DNA of 5,591 bases from a virus: positions 1 through 5,591 of IMG/VR virus record IMGVR_UViG_3300045988_005188, one strand, 5' to 3'. The notes below the pieces were generated by a model. The model ran no database searches, had not been told where the DNA came from, and saw nothing but the letters and a program-made list of their open reading frames with translations. The position numbers were made by a program, and so were the translations under genes. Each line of letters starts with the position of its first letter. Position 1 is the first letter of the stretch. Shown here piece after piece: positions 1 through 4,283 of this stretch.

Positions 1-55
1 TCGGGATTCCGAAGTAATCCGCCAGCGTTCCCACGTTCCATCCTCCTGCTGGTGC
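1..55. repeat. Terminal redundancy from linearising a circular genome. Window 1-55 is identical to 5537-5591, so the unit genome is 5536 nt.
   Basis: Direct comparison: tcgggattccgaagtaatccgccagcgttcccacgttccatcctcctgctggtgc occurs at both ends (55/55 nt). Confidence 0.95.
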
Positions 56-397
56 GGTCGTTACCGGTGTCGTGTACTCTGTCTGTTCTGCCCAGAAAGT
101 GCTGTCGTTCTGGCCCATGAGGTTTTGAAAGTGCTTCCACAGCAGTCGCGCAGGCACAAAGAAAAAGTAAAAATCCATATATGCATTATCCATGACCGGA
201 TAAAGCGGAGTTGCCATACGCACCAGCGCATTCAGGTTGATCTTGAAGGTATCGGCTGGCAACACCTCGTCAAGGTAGATCGGTACCAGATCGCCTTCGT
301 TCATGGTCGTCAGCAGGTTGAAATCTCGCTGAAATTTTGCGCGTCTGATTTCCGCATGAGGTACCTGTGCATAGTGTTGTTCACTGTTTCTGTTCAT
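1..397 (-). CDS. VP1: Major capsid protein VP1 (F-like), N-terminal part. The ORF starts at ATG 397..395 and runs off the window's low end. It continues in frame through the circular junction into 5536..4284, giving about 549 aa in total.
   Basis: Minus-strand translation from 397 reads MNRNSEQHYAQVPHAEIRRAKFQRDFNLLTTMNEGDLVPIYLDEVLPADTFKINLNALVRMATPLYPVMDNAYMDFYFFFVPARLLWKHFQNLMGQND... The motifs 'QVP..I.R..F.R', 'LVPIY.DEVLPADTF', 'ARMATP..PVMDN' and 'FFFVP.RLLW..F' are the conserved N-terminal signature of Microviridae VP1/F. The frame is continuous with ORF 4284..5570 (codon phase checked against the 5536-nt offset). The first in-frame stop lies upstream at 529..527. The RBS is GAGGT 8 nt upstream of ATG 397 (aacaaaaaacGAGGTaaacgcaaATG). 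The ORF track misses this piece because it runs off the window edge. Confidence 0.85.
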   Translation of the reverse strand, partial: MNRNSEQHYAQVPHAEIRRAKFQRDFNLLTTMNEGDLVPIYLDEVLPADTFKINLNALVRMATPLYPVMDNAYMDFYFFFVPARLLWKHFQNLMGQNDSTFWAEQTEYTTPVTTAPAGGWNVGTLADYFGIP

Positions 398-881
398 TTG
401 CGTTTACCTCGTTTTTTGTTGATACTGCTTTATCAGGGTGTTGTGCTGCATCTTCATTTTTTGTCGAAATGCCCATTTTTTCGAGCCATTCGGCTTCTCC
501 TGCGGTTGCTGCCCAGTTCTGAAAGTTCATGCCGAACTTCTGCCTGATCTCCAGCGGCAGCATGTCGAACTTCTCGCGCTGCTCGTTCATCATGTTCAGG
601 TATTCGGTGTAGGTTTTCGGCAGTTTCGTGGTGTCGATGTAGTAGCCCGGCGTTGCCAGTGCGCTTTCGTCGCCTGCTGCGTATCGGCTGAGAATGGCCA
701 TCACGTCGCACTGGTCGCGGTAGCTCTGAATTTTTTCGTAGGTGTTGACTTCTCCGACTTTTTCAAGGTACGGGTGCCCGTTGTCGTCGTACCGCTCTTT
801 GTACTCCGGTTCCATGATGTTCCCGCAGCAGTTGCAGTGGACTTCCGGTTTTTCATCTTCGTATGGCTTAAAGATCTTCAT
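381..881 (-). CDS. VP3: Internal scaffolding protein VP3 (166 aa)
   Basis: ORF with ATG at 881. The segments 'RDQCDVMAILSRYAAGD', 'ATPGYYID' and 'EKFDMLPLEIRQKFGMNFQNW' resemble the conserved core of gokushovirus VP3. There is an AAGGAG 13 nt upstream. The 3' end overlaps the VP1 start by 17 nt in a different frame. Confidence 0.72.
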   Translation of the reverse strand: MKIFKPYEDEKPEVHCNCCGNIMEPEYKERYDDNGHPYLEKVGEVNTYEKIQSYRDQCDVMAILSRYAAGDESALATPGYYIDTTKLPKTYTEYLNMMNEQREKFDMLPLEIRQKFGMNFQNWAATAGEAEWLEKMGISTKNEDAAQHPDKAVSTKNEVNANEQKQ

Positions 882-1128
882 TCTTTTCGTTCATCTCCTT
901 TTTTTCCTGTTCCATGTTGTAAACCAGTTCCGGCGTCTGGCTCTGGATCTGGCCGGTTTCGGTGTCGTACATGCCAAGCTTGTAAATTCGCTTGTCGTCG
1001 CAGTCGCTTTTTTCTGTTTCTGCCGTGATCCACTTGAACGTGCGTTTTTTCACTTTCGGATTGATGCACATGAGGTTGCCAAAGGTGCCAGCGAGTTCGT
1101 CTTTGATCGTGAAAATTTCGAGAATCAT
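868..1128 (-). CDS. VP5: VP5-like small protein (86 aa), the putative ssDNA-synthesis / DNA-binding protein of gokushoviruses
   Basis: MILEIFTIKDELAGTFGNLMCIN...KRTF...DDKRIYKLGMYDTETGQI...PELV matches the gokushovirus VP5 pattern as I remember it ('FTI.D.KA..F..PF...N....R.F......D......LG.FD..TG.....P..L'). AAGGA lies 7 nt upstream of ATG 1128. The gene is located just upstream of VP3, as in gokushoviruses. Confidence 0.55.
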   Translation of the reverse strand: MILEIFTIKDELAGTFGNLMCINPKVKKRTFKWITAETEKSDCDDKRIYKLGMYDTETGQIQSQTPELVYNMEQEKKEMNEKNEDL

Positions 1129-1131
1129 GGT

Positions 1132-1335
1132 TTATTCCTTTCCCAGTTCGTAGATCTGTTTCGTGGTGATGTTATCGAGACCGTAGCGCAGCAGTGCCCT
1201 TGTTACTTTCGATCTGGGCAGCTCCAGTGTCTGGCTTACGTCCTCGATTTCTTCCAGCATGTTGTTTTCGATGTTGATCGCATATCTTATTTTCATCATG
1301 CTGGGTTCTTTTTGGTGATACGGTCTTTTGCTCAC
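1132..1335 (-). CDS. Ribbon-helix-helix (CopG/Arc/ParD-like) DNA-binding protein, 67 aa. It has a GTG start overlapping the upstream stop (GTGA).
   Basis: Protein ...MMKIRYAINIENNMLEEIEDVSQTLELPRSKVTRALLRYGLDN... An N-terminal beta-strand with alternating residues (IRYAINIEN) is followed by helix A, then 'LPRSKVTRALL', which matches the RHH helix-B N-cap motif (G/x-S-R-S-x-x-I-R-x-A-L). A strong SD (GAGGGGG) lies 9 nt before the GTG. An alternative ATG start 12 codons later has no SD. Confidence 0.55.
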   Translation of the reverse strand: MSKRPYHQKEPSMMKIRYAINIENNMLEEIEDVSQTLELPRSKVTRALLRYGLDNITTKQIYELGKE

Positions 1336-1451
1336 AGTCTGATTCCCCCTCTGCTCGGTTTCGGGTTCACGTTGATCTTTTTGGTTTTCTTTGCGGTGTT
1401 GGTGAAAATTTTCTTGTCGATCTTCGGTTTTACGGTCTTGCGGTATGCCAT
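1332..1451 (-). CDS. Small basic J-like / VP8-like DNA-binding (packaging) protein, 39 aa
   Basis: MAYRKTVKPKIDKKIFTNTAKKTKKINVNPKPSRGGIRL is highly K/R-rich. A perfect SD (AAGGAGGTG) lies 7 nt upstream of ATG 1451. The 87-aa version in the ORF track (1332..1595) would read through the T15 tract (FFFFF) and has no RBS, so the short form is preferred. Confidence 0.65.
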   Translation of the reverse strand: MAYRKTVKPKIDKKIFTNTAKKTKKINVNPKPSRGGIRL

Positions 1452-1481
1452 GATACCACCTCCTTTTTCTCTCATTTTACC

Positions 1482-1524
1482 AAAAAAAAAAAAAAACGCA
1501 AGGCTGATTTTCGTCAACCTTACG
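1482..1524 (-). terminator. Rho-independent terminator on the coding strand: an 11-bp stem (2 G.U), a 6-nt loop, then U15
   Basis: Minus-strand RNA reads CGUAAGGUUGA-cgaaaa-UCAGCCUUGCG followed directly by 15 U (the plus-strand A15 at 1482-1496). It sits 16 nt after the stop of the 53-aa ORF. Confidence 0.7.
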
Positions 1525-1539
1525 TTTTTAATGTTTGCA

Positions 1540-1701
1540 TTATTTGTTTTCGTATTCTTTGAGCTTTTCACAGATTGCTTCTGCCCATTCTTCATCCATG
1601 TTGTACTCTTTTTTTATTTCGTCTTTGTCTTTGCTTCTCCATCCGCCGTCGTAAAGAGCTGCTGCACAATCTTCTACATGTTCTTCATAGTAACTTTTCA
1701 T
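1540..1701 (-). CDS. Small acidic hypothetical protein, 53 aa (below the ORF-track cutoff)
   Basis: Hand translation of the minus strand gives MKSYYEEHVEDCAAALYDGGWRSKDKDEIKKEYNMDEEWAEAICEKLKEYENK, with ATG at 1701..1699 and TAA at 1542..1540. An in-frame stop lies immediately upstream. An SD (AAAGGATGG) lies about 10 nt upstream. The ORF is framed by a consensus promoter and a strong terminator. Roughly 16 of the 53 residues are acidic. Confidence 0.5.
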   Translation of the reverse strand: MKSYYEEHVEDCAAALYDGGWRSKDKDEIKKEYNMDEEWAEAICEKLKEYENK

Positions 1702-1730
1702 GGTTTAAGCACCATCCTTTCTACATCTTT

Positions 1731-1759
1731 ATTATACACCTCTTTTATACACTTGTCAA
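1731..1759 (-). promoter_or_regulatory. Consensus sigma70 promoter P2 (TTGACA-17 nt-TATAAT) reading toward the 53-aa ORF
   Basis: Minus strand: TTGACAagtgtataaaagaggtgTATAAT. The -35 box is at 1759..1754 and the -10 box at 1736..1731, with an exact 17-nt spacer. It shares an identical 18-nt core (aaaagaggtgtataataa) with P1. Confidence 0.6.
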
Positions 1760-1776
1760 GCACTTTTTTTCCTAGA

Positions 1777-1817
1777 GGTCGTCCGGTGCGCGCTGGGCCG
1801 CGCATGAAAAGGACGAC
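1777..1817. other. GC-rich compound hairpin: outer 7-bp stem GTCGTCC/GGACGAC and inner 6-bp stem TGCGCG/CGCGCA. On the plus strand it is flanked by T7 upstream and T6 downstream.
   Basis: Inverted repeats read directly from the sequence. The hairpin lies 50 nt downstream of the VP4 stop on the coding strand, but the U-tract geometry (hairpin + guaacUUUUUU) is correct only for plus-strand (antisense) transcripts. On the coding-strand RNA it is followed by cucuaggAAAAAAA. Confidence 0.5.
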
Positions 1818-1866
1818 GTAACTTTTTTGTGTCACGCCGTCCTGTTCCCTTTATTCAGCCGTTCTT

Positions 1867-2982
1867 TTAGATTTCTTCCCGGATAAGTTTTTTAAATTTA
1901 TCTTGATTTTTTCGATCTTTTACATCATAATATTCTTGCATGGTTAAGCCGGTTTGCTTGAGCTGAGCAAATAGCGCGTCGTTTGCGATTCTTCGGCGTT
2001 CTCTTTTGATTGCTTTCAGTTCTTCAGATTCGGCTTTTACTATTGTGTCTTCTATCGTCTCACTTTCTGCTTCTGATAGCGGTTTGCTGTTTGAATGTTC
2101 CAGATCAAAGAGCTTATCAAAATATCTTGGTGGTTTTGCTCTCCTTCCATTTTTCAGTTGAATTTCATCTTTTGCATAGATTTCATCTTTGTGTTCTTCA
2201 TAGTACTGCATTCCGATCGCAGGATTTTTGCTCATCATGCAGCGTTCTGGTAAAATTCCGAGTTCTTCATAATATTTTTTTGAATCTTTGCCGTAAATCT
2301 TTTTTGTCGTGTATCTTGCGGTGTATGCCATGTTTTTCCATTCTGCTGGTGCTACCACTACATGACCCATACCCCACAGCTTTGTGAGCCATTCAACATT
2401 GTAGTATCTGAAGCCGTTTTTCTGCTTGTAGATTTTCAGTTCTTCCGGTTTTATCGGCAGATCGTACACGATCGCATGATAGTGTGGTCTGTGTGTCTGG
2501 CTTCCATACTCGCCTGCTTGGTAGTACATCAGTTTTCCGGTATTTCTTTCATGGTATTCTAACCAGCGTCTTAGCCGTTTCCAAAATTTCTGCATGTCCT
2601 CATAGTTGAGTGTTAAGTTTTCTATGATGATCTCGCCTGTTTTTTTGTTAACGCCTAAACCTTGATTGTAAGACCATGGTACGTGTTCATTGTCGTATGT
2701 GAGTGTTAAAAACCATGCATTGTCGTGGTATGGAAGTTCCATTTCCATCCTGTTTGCCCAGCTGCTTGCATTTTGCATTTTACAGCCGGCACAGTGTCCA
2801 CATGGCAGGATTTGTGCATTTTCGTCTTTCAGCTTTCGCAGCAGCTTTTTTTCTAGGCTTTCTTCCAAGAATGGTCCTTCAATGTTGAGTTGGCTGTTGT
2901 GCTTCTTTCCTGCCAGCAGATACTTTTTCAGTGTCGTTATTTCGCCGTCTGCGAATCTTACCAAAGGTCTTGTGCACCCCAT
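1867..2982 (-). CDS. VP4: Replication initiation protein VP4 (HUH rolling-circle Rep), 371 aa
   Basis: HUH motif I is FLTLTYD. Motif II is HYHAIVY (HxH). Motif III, MAYTARYTTKK, is the catalytic Tyr motif (YxxxY..K). The N-terminus MGCTRPL (M.C..P) and the Cys cluster PCGHCAGC are typical of gokushovirus VP4. Confidence 0.9.
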   Translation of the reverse strand: MGCTRPLVRFADGEITTLKKYLLAGKKHNSQLNIEGPFLEESLEKKLLRKLKDENAQILPCGHCAGCKMQNASSWANRMEMELPYHDNAWFLTLTYDNEHVPWSYNQGLGVNKKTGEIIIENLTLNYEDMQKFWKRLRRWLEYHERNTGKLMYYQAGEYGSQTHRPHYHAIVYDLPIKPEELKIYKQKNGFRYYNVEWLTKLWGMGHVVVAPAEWKNMAYTARYTTKKIYGKDSKKYYEELGILPERCMMSKNPAIGMQYYEEHKDEIYAKDEIQLKNGRRAKPPRYFDKLFDLEHSNSKPLSEAESETIEDTIVKAESEELKAIKRERRRIANDALFAQLKQTGLTMQEYYDVKDRKNQDKFKKLIREEI

Positions 2983-3016
2983 ATGGATGTTTCACCCCGT
3001 TTACCTCAGTGGGCCC

Positions 3017-3060
3017 CAATAACCCTTCTTGATGTTATTGGGGCCCACTGACACAAAATT
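3017..3060. repeat. Perfect 17-bp inverted repeat (CAGTGGGCCCCAATAAC / GTTATTGGGGCCCACTG) around a 10-nt loop, lying between the RHH-1 stop and the VP4 start
   Basis: Exact reverse-complement arms at 3017-3033 and 3044-3060, with loop ccttcttgat. The arms contain GGGCCC. The loop and arm carry CTTGAT...TTATTG (plus strand) / AATAACATCAAG (coding strand). Confidence 0.8.
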
Positions 3061-3080
3061 TCTTGTTTCCTTCGTTTTCC

Positions 3081-3269
3081 TCATGGATTATTGTTGTCTT
3101 TTCCCATCGTTTCTACATATACCTGTAGTGCGTCCCTGATTATTTCGCTTGCTTGTGCTTTTCTTGGATTCTCTGTTCCTGTCCAGATGTTTTCTGTTGC
3201 CCAGTTTAAATTGTCTAGATCTTTCTGTGTAAGATTTATGTTGATTCTCTTTGCTACTTGGCTTTTCAT
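3081..3269 (-). CDS. Putative ribbon-helix-helix (CopG/Arc-like) regulator, 62 aa, encoded immediately upstream of Rep
   Basis: MKSQVAKRININLTQKDLDNLNWATENIW...ASEIIRDALQVYVE. It has a basic N-terminus followed by an alternating beta-strand (KRININLTQ), then helix A and helix B (SEIIRDAL). The SD AAGGGG lies 8 nt upstream of ATG 3269. The fit to RHH is weaker than for the 1132..1335 protein because of a longer inter-helix loop. Confidence 0.45.
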   Translation of the reverse strand: MKSQVAKRININLTQKDLDNLNWATENIWTGTENPRKAQASEIIRDALQVYVETMGKDNNNP

Positions 3270-3313
3270 GATTATACCCCTTTCTAGGTAAGGTGTGTGA
3301 TTAGTACACCCAT

Positions 3314-3342
3314 ATTATACACCTCTTTTCTGTGTCTGTCAA
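3314..3342 (-). promoter_or_regulatory. Consensus sigma70 promoter P1 (TTGACA-17 nt-TATAAT) driving the RHH-1 / VP4 operon
   Basis: Minus strand: TTGACAgacacagaaaagaggtgTATAAT. The -35 box is at 3342..3337, directly abutting the VP2 stop codon at 3343-3345. The -10 box is at 3319..3314, and the predicted TSS is about 40 nt before the RHH-1 ATG. Confidence 0.6.
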
Positions 3343-4272
3343 CTATCTATTCCTTGCTGTGTGCCCCGGGTTCCATTCAATGTCCCCGTGGCCTTCTCCA
3401 CTGATGCCCTTTTCGTTTCCTCGTGTCGTGCTGCTGCTCTGCTGGCTGCTCTGCTGGTTTAGGTTGCTGATCTGTTGTGCGCTGCTCGACATGATTTGAC
3501 TTGTTGCTTGTTGCATTTGCTCTGCGCTGTACCATTCGTTCGACTGCTTTGCCGTGTTGATCGCGCTCATCGCGTTTTGCAGGAACTGTGCCGTGTTGTT
3601 CCCATAGTCGTACATGCTTTGCATGGTCGCCGTGTGTGCGCTTGGGATGGCTGCGCTCTGAGTGTGTGAAAAGCTTTGCATTCCGCTGCTTGCTGTGCCG
3701 CCTGACGGTGTGCTTGCTCCGTATCCGTTGTATGCTGCTAAGATCGGATTCAAGCCTGCTGCTTTCAGGTCTTTCACGCCGCGCTGGTATGCGGTGCTGC
3801 TCATTCTTTCAGCCCACGCTCGTTGTGCTGCTGCTTCTGCGCTGTTGTACTTCTGTGCGCTGGTCTGGCTTGCGAGGTTCAGACCGTTCGCAACAATGTT
3901 TGATAGCATGTTTAGGCCGTTTGCGTAGCTCCACATACCTGTTTGCAGGTTGTTTGCCGTTGCTGCCTGTCCTGCGTTGAACCCTGCCGCCTGTCCTGCG
4001 TTGTTTCCGGTCGGGCTTCCCATTGCTGTTTGCAGGATTGAACCCAGTGCACTGGTGTTGCCTGTTGTTACGCTTCCACCGCTTGCGCTGGTTGTTCCGC
4101 TGGTTGTTCCGCTGGTGCTTCCGCTGCTCATGCTTGTGTTCATGCCCTGCTGTCCCATGGCGCTGCTGGTGCTTCCGCTTGTGTTGCTGAACAGATTTTT
4201 CATCTGTCCTGCGATCGACAGGCCGCCCGATACGATCGGCAGCCATGTCGTTAATCCTGATAAGAGGCCCAT
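3343..4272 (-). CDS. VP2: DNA pilot / minor capsid protein VP2, 309 aa
   Basis: It contains '[33 protein letters not shown]', which matches the conserved gokushovirus VP2 motif (ERMS.TAYQR.V.D.KAAGLNP.LA). The N-terminal 140 aa are G/S/T/Q-rich low complexity. The SD AAGGGGGTG lies 6 nt upstream of ATG 4272, which is 12 nt after the VP1 stop. Confidence 0.8.
   Translation of the reverse strand: MGLLSGLTTWLPIVSGGLSIAGQMKNLFSNTSGSTSSAMGQQGMNTSMSSGSTSGTTSGTTSASGGSVTTGNTSALGSILQTAMGSPTGNNAGQAAGFNAGQAATANNLQTGMWSYANGLNMLSNIVANGLNLASQTSAQKYNSAEAAAQRAWAERMSSTAYQRGVKDLKAAGLNPILAAYNGYGASTPSGGTASSGMQSFSHTQSAAIPSAHTATMQSMYDYGNNTAQFLQNAMSAINTAKQSNEWYSAEQMQQATSQIMSSSAQQISNLNQQSSQQSSSTTRGNEKGISGEGHGDIEWNPGHTARNR
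3965..4003. repeat. 15-nt direct repeat gcctgtcctgcgttg x2 (period 24 nt) inside VP2. It encodes the duplicated peptide NAGQAA.
   Basis: Exact copies at 3965-3979 and 3989-4003. Confidence 0.8.
4087..4122. repeat. 12-nt tandem repeat x3 (gctggttgttcc, gctggttgttcc, gctggtgcttcc) inside VP2. It encodes (TSGT)n.
   Basis: Read directly. It produces the [17 protein letters not shown] low-complexity tract. Confidence 0.8.
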
Positions 4273-4283
4273 TTTGCACCCCC

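Noticed and set aside
125-547. Plus-strand ORF of 140 aa (MKVLPQQSRRHKEK...)
   Set aside because: It lies antisense to the VP1 N-terminus and the VP3 3' end, whose minus-strand readings carry strong conserved motifs. It has no RBS, and its composition is the typical mirror-image artefact.
454-711. 85-aa Arg-rich ORF (GTG start) overprinted on VP3 in another frame. The 63-aa ORF at 878..1069 and the 224-aa ORF at 3809..4483 are similar cases.
   Set aside because: They have GTG starts without an RBS. Their R/H/Q-rich composition is typical of out-of-frame reading of GC-rich or repeat-containing codons (the 224-aa one reads the VP2 repeats). Overprinted genes do exist in Microviridae (phiX174 E/K), so this cannot be fully excluded, but there is no positive evidence.
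1128-1132. RHH-2 + downstream 86-aa ORF as a type II toxin-antitoxin pair (RHH antitoxin followed by a RelE/ParE-sized toxin)
   Set aside because: The 86-aa protein matches the gokushovirus VP5 pattern far better than any RelE/ParE signature. The gene order antitoxin -> toxin and the sizes fit, but the downstream protein is most simply VP5.
1497-1540. TTGACG ... TAAAAT as a promoter for the J-like gene
   Set aside because: The spacer is about 32 nt (through the T15 tract), which is incompatible with a sigma70 promoter. J is more likely expressed by read-through from P2.
1332-1595. 87-aa version of the J-like ORF (MKNGQKQSVKSS...)
   Set aside because: It would translate through the T15 tract (FFFFF) and across the intrinsic terminator, and it has no RBS. 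The internal ATG 1451 has a perfect AAGGAGGTG SD.
742-1821. Plus-strand ORF of 359 aa, plus the other plus-strand ORFs (438..1028, 1575..1775, 2010..2387, 2690..3022, 3588..3980, 3950..4363, 4245..4952 and others)
   Set aside because: They are extremely F/L/C-rich and low-complexity, a consequence of the T-rich non-coding strand. They are antisense to well-supported genes. Microviridae encode all their genes on one strand.
3300-3345. Possible XerCD/dif-like site for gokushovirus-style integration (GGTG.ATAAT... resembles the start of the dif XerC arm)
   Set aside because: Only the first roughly 10 nt resemble the E. coli dif sequence as I recall it (GGTGCGCATAATGTATATTATGTTAAAT). There is no 6-bp central region or XerD arm. 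The resemblance is explained by the promoter -10 box.
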